20,000 bases of DNA, taken from the NCBI RefSeq assembly GCF_004010195.1, contig NC_057756.1, forward strand, positions 2,461,488 to 2,481,487. Direction: 5' to 3'. Below are positions 10,710 through 20,000 of this stretch, one piece after another (positions within the stretch are counted from its first letter, which is position 1; each line of letters opens with the position of its first letter). Source of the stretch: Chiloscyllium plagiosum (lineage: Eukaryota). The notes below the pieces were generated by a model. That model ran no database searches and was not told the origin of the DNA. It saw nothing but the letters and a program-made list of their open reading frames with translations. Position numbers and translations under genes: made by a program.

Positions 10710-11698
10710 AGAACATAGAACATAGAAAAATACAACGCAGTACAGGCCCTTTGGCCCTCGATGTTGCGCCGATCCAAGCCCACCTAACATACACTAGCCC
10801 ACTATCCTCCATATGCCTATCCAATCCCCGTTTAAATGTCCATAAAGAGGGTGAGTCCACCACTGCTACTGGCAGGGCATTCCATGAACTCACGACTCGC
10901 TGAGTAAAGAATCTACTCCTAACATCTGTCCTATACCTACCACCCCTTAATTTAAAGCTATGCCCCTCGTAATAGCTGACTCCATACGTGGAAAAAGGTT
11001 CTCACGGTCAACCCTATCTAAACCCCTAATCATCTTGTACACCTCTATCACGTCACCTCTAAACCTTCTTTTCTCCAATGAAAATAGCCTCAAGTGCCTC
11101 AGCCTTTCCTCATACGATCTTCCTACCATATCAGGCAACATCCTGGTAAACCTCCTCTGCACCCGTTCCAGTGCCTCCACATCCTTCCTATAGTATGGCG
11201 ACCAAAACTGCACACAATACTCCAGATGCGGCCGCACCAGAGTCTTATACAACTGCAACATGACCTCAGGGCTTGGGAACTCAATTCCTCTACCAATAAA
11301 ATCCAGTATGCCATATGCCTTCATTACTGCACTATTTACCTGGGTGGCAACTTCCAGAAATCTGTGTACATGGACACCAAGATCCCTCTGCTCATCCACA
11401 CTACCAAGTATCCGACCATTATCCCAGTACCCCATCTTTTTGTTACTCTTACCAAAGTGAATCACCTCACACTTACCTGCATTGAACTCCATTTGCCACC
11501 TTTCTGCCCAGCTCTGCAACTTATCTATATCCCGCTGTAACCTGACACATCCTTCCTCACTGTCAACAACTCCACCGACTTTCGTATCATCCGCAAACTT
11601 GCTCACGAAATCTTCTAGCCCCTCCTCCAGTTCATTTATAAAAATGACAAACAGCAATGGTCCCAAAACAGATCCTTGCGGAACACTGCTACATTCCC
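10710..11698 (-). mobile_element. Young 5'-truncated CR1 LINE with an uninterrupted RT C-terminal reading frame
   Basis: ORF 10947-11732 has VPQGSVLGPLLFVIFIN..KFADDTK..LVRPHLEYCVQFWSP; (TTCTATG)n tail at 10710-10727; 5-bp TSD ctgtt (10705-10709 and 11699-11703). Confidence 0.95.
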
Positions 11699-12657
11699 CT
11701 GTTCGTGCTACATTCCCCTGAAAATGCATCATCCCCTACACTTTCCAAAATACCATACTTGTTTGAAATGAGGAAATCCACAGAAGACTCCTGCACTACT
11801 TGCCTTTTTTTTTACTTTTACTGGAGTTAACCCATTTGTGTCTGCACCTGCGGGTTTTCTCCCATCCTAAAACTGCCATCCATCACACCCCGTTGCTCAT
11901 GTCAATTCCTCATTGCCTGAAAATGTCGCTACAATAGAACCATTCGATTTGTTAGCATTCGCAACCAATGGCATTTGTTGCAGGTATAATCTTCAGTAAC
12001 ACATAAACTCTACCAAAATTGCCACTTCCGACAAGAAGAGCATATGACTCGACTAAAGGCTATTTTTGCTTCTTCAAATCTACAAACTAAAAAGTAGCAT
12101 TTTCTTAATCCTTTACAAACCCCTGCGCCAGTCTAATTTTAGATGTATGACTTCAGAGGCATATCTGAATTAAAAACTTAATCAATAAAGTGTCCACTCT
12201 ACTCACTCTTGTGGATGTACAGCAAGGCGATACTTAAAGCTTTTTGCTTATCTGTTTCTGCGCTGTGACCTCTCCCAAACAGATTTCTCCAAACTTAGTT
12301 GCGAATTTCGCTGTTTGTTATGATCTCCTAGACGCACTTCTATGTCCAGAGATGCATGATTTCATTCAGCAAAGAGAGTAACTACGCAAGTTCACTGTTA
12401 TGTCATTTAGCAGTGTGGACTTCCTTCACTCTCTCTCTCCTGCACTTACCATGTGCTGCTTTTGTCTGTCCTTCTCCCTTTCAAACGTGCATTGTTTTGA
12501 CGTTTTTTTCCCCCTCCAAAGTCACAAAACAATGCAACAGCGTATGAAACAGCAATTGTTCCTCCTGGAATTCGACGAAGTAACCTCCAACACGTAAAGT
12601 ACCTCAAAACAGGAACAGCCTGTTCCAGCAAGAAAATTTCCCTGTCATGTGTCTCAG

Positions 12658-13118
12658 ATTTGCAGAAACATTTCATTTTGCTCGAGAACTATACAATCTT
12701 TAAGATTTTAGGCAATGTTAAATTCTATAAATTCTTACTTTGCAAAACAAAATGTCTGACTTCAGATTGCGACACAGACAGACATTAACCTCACACAATG
12801 TCACGCACTCTGGCAATTTATCAATTCTTACTTTGCAGAGAAAAGAAAAAGCTGACTTCAGATTGGGACACAGACTCTAACCTCACACATTAAAGTGTCA
12901 CGCCATGCATTGTCTGAGCAGAGATGTCACATTTCTTTAACAACTGACAAAACCTTATGTTTAATCGGGTCTGTGACTTGTTAGAAGTTTTGGAATTTAC
13001 ATATTAATCAATCGAATCCTGCAACCACATTCTGAGTGATTAAAGATTTAACAGCCATCATGGTTGGTCTCATATATCGCATCAGTTGTTTGACACATTT
13101 ACTTATAAATCCAGTGCC
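12658..13118 (+). mobile_element. Continuation of the PLE 3' UTR after the CR1 insertion
   Basis: Resumes at atttgca (also at 4859-4865); 12985-13110 is the inverted homologue of about 4290-4420. Confidence 0.7.
12711..12903 (+). repeat. Imperfect tandem duplication, period about 93-100 bp
   Basis: aattcttactttgca..ctgacttcagattg.gacacagac..taacctcacaca..tgtcacgc starts at both 12730 and 12823. Confidence 0.85.
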
Positions 13119-13369
13119 GTTTTTAAACGTATCTGATTTATTCTACCCAGATGTTGTGTGTTTTTTTTTTCAGTACTAGTGCATAGCACAGGGAAATGAA
13201 ATGATATAACATTATGTTAATTAGTCTTCGGGGTGAAGATATAATATAACTTACGTGAAAAAAACACAGCCATCTGGAAGTATTTGTACATATCAAAAGA
13301 GAAAGAAAAAATAAGTGTTATGCTGATCCTGTAAGCATCACAGATTGCCTGACGAATTGAAATAAAAAA

Positions 13370-13478
13370 TTGAGAAAGAGGGATACAGACAGAGGGCGAG
13401 TGAGAGACAGATAGAGAGATGATGAGAGAGAGAGAGGGAGAGAATGAGAGAGAAAGTCGGAGAGGAAGAGAGATGGAT
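13370..13478 (+). repeat. GA-rich low-complexity tract
   Basis: Degenerate (GA)n with GACA/GATA variants. Confidence 0.85.
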
Positions 13479-13710
13479 TTAAAACACGTGATATCCAGAA
13501 TGTGGGAGAAAAACTCTGAAAGCCAAACATCTGCTACCATTACTTGCCTTGTGATTTGAAATTTCGAGTTTGCAATTTATGCAAATCAGAAGAGATGCCT
13601 GTTTCAAGTGAACACTTCTATGAAATTTCTTTCCGTTGTCACAAAGCATTCTCAACGTAAATACTACATTTATCATTTTCATACATTTTTCTTTCCATTT
13701 TACGATCCAG

Positions 13711-13731
13711 AACTGAAGAACAGCAAAGAAA
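13711..13731 (+). CDS. 21-nt heptad microexon (ELKNSKE)
   Basis: tttttctttccattttacgatccAG|aactgaagaacagcaaagaaa|GTaagt: long pyrimidine tract, perfect donor, 21 nt, in frame with the other microexons. Confidence 0.85.
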
Positions 13732-14176
13732 GTAAGTGATATAAAAATTGATGTAAACATAAGTTAAATGATATTTCAACAATAATAATCAAGTAAAACT
13801 TGCTAATATGTACACATGTCGACGCAATGCTTGTGGAAGTTAAAATTTCGGTTATTTTTATGGAAGTTGGTGAGCGACTTAACATAGAAATGCATTAAGT
13901 AAATCAGACACGGTTTTCTTTATGGGAGCTTATTAACAGTTTTACATAGAAAATGTATCAGATAAATCAGACACATGAGTTTATCAGTGCCAATTCTATC
14001 ACTTTTCGTAAGAAAAGGTACACGAAGACCAAGAAAACTGCTAAAAATTGTTCTTCAACAAATGCATCGAAAAGTGCATCCTTGCTTTTTCCAAAAAAAA
14101 ATGCTTATACACGGTGGATTTGATGTCATTTGGATACCTTAATGACACTTCCTTTTTTCTTTAATTTGCCCTGCAG

Positions 14177-14197
14177 AATTTGCAAAGGAACAGGCAG
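14177..14197 (+). CDS. 21-nt heptad microexon (KFAKEQA)
   Basis: cttccttttttctttaatttgccctgcAG|aatttgcaaaggaacaggcag|GTatgg; branch-like ccttaat near 14137; 21 nt. Confidence 0.85.
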
Positions 14198-14376
14198 GTA
14201 TGGGCGTTATCATTTTAGTAATGTCAGACGAACAGGTGATTCAGTGATCATTTTGATGGTGAAACCGAGGTAACGTTTCATGAAATTGTTCTCACGAGGA
14301 CCAGAATTTCATTAAAAATAATCATTTCATCGCCTAAGAGGCATTGATTAATTATTTGCCGTAGGGTACTGGCAAG

Positions 14377-14679
14377 TTTTAGATTACTTACAGCGTGGAA
14401 ACAGGCCCTTCGGCCCAACAAGTCCACACCGACCCGCCGAAGCGCACCCACCCAGACCCATTACCCTACACCAACCGTTAGGGGCAATTTATCATGGCAA
14501 ATTCACCTAATCTGCACGTTTTTTGGACTGTGGGAGGAAACCGGAACACGCGGAGGAAACGCACGCAGACACAGGGAGAATGTGCAAACTCCACACAAAC
14601 AGTCGCCTGAGGTGGGAATTGAACCCAGGTCTCTGGCGCTGTGAGGCATCAGTGATAACCACTGTACCATCGTGCCGCA
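14377..14679 (-). mobile_element. HE1-type tRNA-derived SINE
   Basis: Minus-strand Pol III A box tggtacagtgg (14659-14669) and B box ggttcaattcc (14615-14625), conserved central core, CR1-like tail ending gtaatctaaa; homologous to 15301-15600. Confidence 0.9.
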
Positions 14680-16130
14680 CACTCAATCCTGGAATATTTG
14701 GAATGCAAGGACACCTACTTGAACTTCTATTTATTCACTTAGTTCCAATTTCAACATCATAATTTCAAAAAATCCGTTATCAAACTCCGAGATGGAAGAC
14801 TTTGCTCTTCTTCTGCAACTTGGCCTTTTACGGTATGGCCCACAGACTGCAATTCGCCAAGAGAGGTAACGGGATCTCCTCCACAATTATCTTCAACACC
14901 GCTGCCCTGCAAGGCTCCAGTAAAAAAAAATCCTCATACATTCCAGAACGTGTGGCCAAATTCAGCTCAAACTATATTTCAATAGATCTGAGGAAACCAC
15001 CTTTGTGGATCGTTAATTAAACAACAAGACAGAATATCGGAAAGAGAGCAACAGCTTTCTGGCATGGTGTGAGGACAACAATCTGTCCTTCAATGGCAGC
15101 AAAACAACGGTGCCAATAGTCAACTTCAGGAAGTGGATTAGATGACGCCACCATGTCCATACCAATGGTGTGAGATGGAAAAACTCGAGAGTTAGCAAGG
15201 ATTCATCTTTATCCAATCATTTCAACTACGCAATCAACAAAGCAAACCAAAGCCTTGAATTAGTCAAACGATTATGGAAAATCGGAATGGCCACAATAAT
15301 TGGATTAGATTCCCTACAGTATGGAAAAAGGGCCTTCGGCCCAACAAGTCCACACCAACCCTCCGAAGAGCAACCCACCCAGACCCGACATTTACCCCTG
15401 ACTAATGCACCTAACACTGTGGGCAATTTCGCAAGGTTAATTAAACTAATCTGCATACCTTTGAATTGTGGGAGAAATCTTGAGGAAATCCACGCTGACA
15501 CGGGGAGAACATAAAAACAGAGGTTCGGTCGAGGGCAGAATCAAACTTGGGTCCCTGGTGCTGTGAGGCAGCAATGCTAACCACTGAGGCACCGTGCCAC
15601 TCGCACTTTCACCTGGACTGTTGGATTTCTTCCCAGTGTTATAATCTCTATACCGCCACCACAGCTTCCTGTGTTGTTATTAATTATTACTTTTGTTGCA
15701 TATAATCTACAGACGACATCCTTTCTGGATTCGTGAAAGCTTGATATGGTAACTGCTCTATCCAAAACGGAAATAAAAATTACAGAGAAATGTTAACACA
15801 ATACACCCATCATGAAAACAGGCCTTCTTTCTGTGAAACCATCTATGCTTGCTGCTGTTTTGCTAAAGCAAGAAACATAAGCAAAGACCCCAACAAGCAC
15901 GTTTATAGACTCTTCCAAACTCTTTCAAAATTTAAAAAGCAACACTTGTCAACAGATTTAAAAACAGCCTATCCCGCGCTGTTATCAGACATAAGAAAGG
16001 ATATCTCATATTTTACATTTGATCTTTCTCTGCACCTTAAGTGGAGCTATAACTTTATATGCCATATTCTGTTGTCTTGCCCTCGTACACGTGAGTAAAC
16101 TCATTGTCTTGTGAGTGTGATGAAGTTTCA
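14680..16130 (+). mobile_element. Degenerate Rex1/Babar-like LINE RT and 3' end, interrupted by the SINE at 15301-15600; may extend left to about 14270
   Basis: Relics KDTY (about 14707), ISSTIIFNTAALQGS (ORF 14802), LAWCEDNNLSFNGSKT..VNFRK (15058-15133), YGNCS (about 15745), RFKNS (about 15954). Confidence 0.7.
15301..15600 (-). mobile_element. HE1-type tRNA-derived SINE, more diverged
   Basis: tRNA head gtggcacggtgcctcagtggttagcattgctgcctcacagc; tail ending gggaatctaatc; alignable to 14377-14679. Confidence 0.85.
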
Positions 16131-16289
16131 CTTTATCTCGAATTAACTAGATATGTGCAGCTCTAAAAAAAAGTACAAATCCGAAACCCTTATTCAGTCA
16201 TTCTTGATCTTCAAGCATTTTGGAATTTATCTTCGAATGCGTAATCTAGTTGTGCTTCCTCATCAGCCATCTTCTAACTGGCGCTAAGT

Positions 16290-17705
16290 TTGTGTTTGAC
16301 CATGTCAACACAGCTTCTGAACATATTACAACGTATTTTAAATTTTCAACCATGGACAAAATAGGTAAATTCCTGACGGCAGTGAAAGATCTTGGAATAA
16401 AGGTCGCATTCGATCCAGTGTGGCATAAAATATCCCTCCAAAAACAGTTATGTATTTGTCTCAGAAGACAAACTCTCGACTGGTTGGAATTGTGCCATCG
16501 AAATAATATGACAGTTGGTGTGGATGTAAATCAATCTTGTCAGCGCCAATATATCGCTGCAGATTTACTCATGTGAATCGCTTTGGTCCATCCATATACA
16601 ACTCTTTTATCGATGAACTTACATGCATAGAACATAGAACATAGAGCATTGAAGAATACAGCGCAGTACAGGCCCTTTGGCCCTCGATGTTGCGCCGATC
16701 CAAGCCCACCTAACATACACTAGCCCATTATCCTCCATATGCCTATCCAATGCCCGCTTAAATGCCCATAAAGAGGGAGAGTCCACCACTGCTAATGGCA
16801 GGGCATTCCATGGACTCACGACTCGCTGAGTAAATATTATAATTTCAGAAAATTGGGTGGTAAAAGATTATTGTTCCATGCTCAGCACTACTTGCAAATT
16901 ATTTGACATTGAAGTAGTCTACGTTCTAAATCCAAGGAGCTTGGCAGTTGGCAAGTCAAATTTTCACCACTCAAATTTCAGGCAATGACAAACTGTTATA
17001 ACAGAATTTAACCATGATCCCTTGTATTTCAACGGTTCTACCGTGTTGCAGAAACATCCCCTATAAATAGTCTTCGGGCCACAACCTTCAGAAGCACACT
17101 ACATAAAACCAGCTACTTCAAAAGGAGTTTATACGCCATGAATACTGCAGTGAGTAACCTAACCTCTGGATTCCAACGCCTGACCACAGTCGACAACACC
17201 CATGTCAGGATCATCTTCGAAAATTAACTACTTTGGCTTAGTTGCAGCTTTAATAATGTTCAAGAAGCTTGAATCAAACCACCACAAAGTAACCCTGTTA
17301 TCGGCAACAATTCAATAAATAACTAATTCATTCACAAACGAAACTCAGTAGCAGAACTGGTCTCTCTACAAGATGCACTGCAGAATTTCATTCGTAGATA
17401 CTCAGCATTTTCCAAACATGCGACACTGATTAGTTACTGATTGCGACAGACACAGAGCAACATCACAACTTGCAATTCCCATCAAAGCGACTTCCATGGC
17501 GATTTGATATATTATCGCCATTCCTTCAATCCACTGGGTGAAAATCCTGGAATTCCCTCCTGACGTCATGGTGGACAAACCTACAGCACATAGAGTGCAA
17601 GAGTTCAAGTTTTCAGCTAACAACGAGTTCTCAAGTGGAATTAGGAACTAGCAAGAAGACTGGCCAGCAAGTGATGCCCACATCTCACGACTTTGTAACG
17701 AAAAT
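16290..17705 (+). mobile_element. Old CR1/L2-group LINE fragment (RT to 3' end), interrupted at 16626-16834
   Basis: ORF 16250 has LGIKVAFDPVWH..QTLDWLE (decayed LDIKAAFDRVWH) followed by a FIDEL relic at about 16606-16620; boundaries approximate. Confidence 0.65.
16626..16834 (-). mobile_element. Short 3' fragment of the young CR1 family
   Basis: Near-identical to 10710-10908 with a (TTCTATG)n tail. Confidence 0.95.
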
Positions 17706-18253
17706 AAACGTGGAAAATGTCAACGTGGAGAACATGTAATATGTTGACTTTAGCAATGATTTTATTGAAAACAGTTAACTGATTATGCAAATAATGTTTT
17801 TTTTCAATGTATTTATTGAATTTTCGACCTATCGAAAATTCATAAGAGGTGCCAATAAGGCATGGGTTACATGAACTAAAAAGGATCGTCAAGCAAACAT
17901 TTCATGAATTTTGGCAAATGCCAATAATTATAACAAGGTCAATGTCAATTCAGGTTCTGTTCACAATATTTATTTACCTTCCATCTTCTATATTGTGACA
18001 CAAATCTGTGCCTGGAGTGGAACGTGGATTCATGTTTTGAGACTTTAACAACAAAGCAGCTGTTTGAAAAGAAGCAAATTTATGTCACTGTCTTTTTAAT
18101 TCTTTTCTTGTATAAACTGAGCTGTTTCTAAAAAAAATGGAATTTCATTCATGATATAATCACAGTTTGGTTTCGAAGTTAAAATTTGTGCATATTTTGC
18201 TCAGATTTGCAACTGTGAGCTACTTAAAACAAAACTTTTCTTCCATCTCACAG

Positions 18254-18274
18254 ATATTGTGAAGCAACAAGCTG
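18254..18274 (+). CDS. 21-nt heptad microexon (DIVKQQA)
   Basis: cttttcttccatctcacAG|atattgtgaagcaacaagctg|GTaagg; 21 nt, phase 1. Confidence 0.85.
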
Positions 18275-18324
18275 GTAAGGTCAACAATAATATATGCATA
18301 ATTCTATTCATTCCATTACCAAGA

Positions 18325-18447
18325 GTCAGGTGATGAAAGAAAAGTGTTGTGAGAGCTTATCATTTCAAATAACCTGTTGAACAGGAAGCTGGTGTGATGT
18401 GAATTCTGATTTTGTTCAACACAGTCCAAAACCAGCACATACCCACA
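18325..18447 (+). mobile_element. Highly decayed PLE pLTR end with a hammerhead relic
   Basis: gtgatga..gagagctt (decayed CTGATGA..GAAAGCT) followed by sequence homologous to the reverse complement of 4143-4230. Confidence 0.6.
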
Positions 18448-19264
18448 CAATATTCTGAGGACTGCTGTTGCTAAAGCTGTCATGTAACTAAACGTTTAAA
18501 CGATTTATTTTTCATCAACTCAGAAAGTCATAATACTTTGGACATAAGCATCATGCCTATTGTCCGCTTAAGTCTTGCATTGGTCAAGAATGAAGATATT
18601 TCCATTCTTTCAAGACAAATCAATATGCTTTGCAACAAAGGACAGGAATACAATGTGATGCAGAAAAAAAATGAATTACTTAAGCAGAATTAAAATTGAA
18701 ATTTGTTGAGGACATACTATACATATGCCAGTGAAATACAAAAAAGGATGGCTGTCTAGATTTAAATGTAGAGCCACTTAGTATCAAAAAGAGAGAGCTG
18801 AAGTTAGAGATTACCTCCTAAATATAGGCATTGCGTGGCTTGAATCATGATATGTAAAATTATGCAATACCGAAGACAGTCATTTGCATATTGTGTTTCT
18901 ACATTAACAGGTGTGTTTTTAACTTATATTTCTAGAACTACTGTCTCCATTCCACTCATAAGAAACATAAAATTAAATCTGTGCTATATATAGTCACGAT
19001 CGTAGGTAAACATTTTGAAGATCAATATCAACTGGATTTCAGCGAAGATTGATACATGATAGTTTCCGTATTATGACATAATGTAGATTATCTTTTTAAA
19101 GGTAGCCTGATTGATTCAAATGTCGATTCTTCCACACTTTCAATAGTGAACTGTTTATCATACAACCGGGAGGTTAACAGACAGCAGAGATAGAATGATC
19201 ATGATTCTGATTTTAACAAGAAATGTATTGCTTGGGAAGGAAAATCATAAATAACATGTCATTT

Positions 19265-19325
19265 TAGACTGATAGAGTCTTTCAGCAGGGAAATAGACAT
19301 CTTGGTTCAACTTGTCTGCATCTTC
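19265..19325 (-). mobile_element. Possible very short decayed CR1 3' tail
   Basis: tagactgatagagtctttcagcagggaaatagac..ttggttcaacttgtc resembles 4868-4925. Confidence 0.35.
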
Positions 19326-19410
19326 AACTATGTTCACTTACTTTCAATAAAATTCAACACTCATGTTGCTTTAGCTAATTTTTAATTATCTGATCTATGT
19401 TTTCCTGTAG

Positions 19411-19424
19411 TGCTTGTGAAGTGA
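19411..19424 (+). CDS. Putative terminal coding exon (VLVK*) of the heptad-exon gene
   Basis: ctatgttttcctgtAG|tg ctt gtg aag TGA continues the phase-1 frame, resembles the preceding heptad (DIVK/VLVK), and AATAAA follows 37 nt after the stop. Confidence 0.6.
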
Positions 19425-19460
19425 CTGTCAGTTATTGATAATACAAATAATTGGTCTTCC

Positions 19461-19466
19461 AATAAA
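19461..19466 (+). terminator. Candidate polyadenylation signal (a second AATAAA at 19665-19670)
   Basis: AATAAA just downstream of the putative stop codon; the hexamer is common in AT-rich DNA, so support is positional only. Confidence 0.45.
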
Positions 19467-19806
19467 TGTTTTCTTGCATTTAACCTGATAAATGCGCTCC
19501 TGAAAAATCGCAGCTTCTACATTATCTGATCAGAAAATGTGCACACACAAAGAAAATAGGAACATTCCATAGCCTGGTACCACAAATGACACGTTTCGTT
19601 TCATTCATTTCGAAAATGTACAGTGATGCAATGTACAAAAGCAGCATGTAAGATATTGACAATGAATAAAAGGCAAGATTGATGCAGGAGGAAATATTTA
19701 CAGATCCCAATTACAGTTCTATGAAATACAAACTAATTCACTTTACAATTAGATATACAGTACCTGGTCTCCAAAGAGAGACAAGCTCTGTTTGCGTGAC
19801 GTTTCT

Positions 19807-19833
19807 GGAAGCGCGTGAGGAAGCGCGTGAGGA
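19807..19833 (+). repeat. 12-bp tandem repeat (ggaagcgcgtga)x2.25
   Basis: Perfect copies at 19807-19818 and 19819-19830. Confidence 0.9.
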
Positions 19834-19866
19834 TTAGGAAAGAGAGAGATGCAAAAATTGCCCGAA

Positions 19867-19867
<1 letters not shown>

Positions 19868-19912
<45 letters not shown>

Positions 19913-19931
19913 AGAGCGAGAGACAGACAGG

Positions 19932-20000
<69 letters not shown>
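19868..20000 (+). repeat. Compound microsatellite (GATA)n-(GA)n-(GATA)n running off the window end
   Basis: Directly visible. Confidence 0.98.

Larger units (their letters stand above)
4866..12657 (-). mobile_element. Near full-length degenerate CR1 LINE (about 4.5 kb once nested insertions are removed); segments 4866-6144, 6355-7837, 9954-10709, 11699-12657
   Basis: 3' UTR at 4866; RT motifs CLTKLIEFFEEVT..MDFHKAFDK (5913-6120); APE endonuclease FLIK..WVELKN..YYRPPN (7495-7725); ORF1 SGNH esterase DSLVRG..VILYIGTNDI (10452-10640); CxxC..CxxC finger CSSC..CNKC (about 11970-12045). Confidence 0.9.

Noticed and set aside
10947..11732. 261-aa RT ORF as a functional gene
   Set aside because: 5'-truncated CR1 ORF2 lacking the endonuclease and N-terminal RT; its start codon comes from flanking DNA
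12612..12626. Palindrome ggaacag-c-ctgttcc
   Set aside because: 7-bp stem inside the CR1 5' UTR; within chance expectation for 20 kb
4859..12664. atttgca as a certain 7-bp TSD of the large CR1
   Set aside because: Plausible but not secure, since the PLE UTR may natively contain a similar short tandem at this position
13988..14007. AG-20 nt-GTAAGA candidate microexon
   Set aside because: 20 nt would shift the frame and the acceptor lacks a pyrimidine tract
14610..14679. tRNA gene
   Set aside because: A and B boxes belong to the SINE head, followed by SINE core and LINE-derived tail
18936..19005. Acceptor atttctAG and donor GTAAAC enclosing 70 nt (ELLSPFHS*)
   Set aside because: Early stop, non-heptad peptide and frame-breaking length; cannot exclude a minor alternative last exon
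1..20000. CRISPR array, prokaryotic operon or defence system
   Set aside because: No regularly spaced repeats with unique spacers, no long intact ORFs; content is vertebrate intron and retroelement sequence

Overview
Eukaryotic, repeat-dense, non-prokaryotic DNA; the repeat set (HE1-type tRNA-derived SINEs, CR1/HER1-like LINEs, shark-type Penelope-like elements) points to an elasmobranch, which is an inference. Most of the window is nested retroelement debris: a near full-length CR1 (4866-12657, -) sits inside a Penelope-like element (PLE) and itself carries two younger CR1s and two hammerhead-bearing PLE end fragments; there are also a Rex1/Babar LINE, two SINEs and another old LINE. Two things are not visible in the ORF track. 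(1) The unique DNA holds four 21-nt, phase-1 microexons with canonical AG/GT ends (71-91, 13711-13731, 14177-14197, 18254-18274) plus a short putative terminal exon (19411). They splice in frame to a heptad coiled-coil tail, xHKKCKE-ELKNSKE-KFAKEQA-DIVKQQA-VLVK*, the architecture of butyrophilin/BG-family cytoplasmic tails. (2) A 530-bp-arm palindrome (335-1416) can be explained as one PLE insertion with a 14-bp TSD whose cDNA folded back and copied about 370 bp of its own downstream flank. All alignments were done by eye and family names come from recognition, not database searches.
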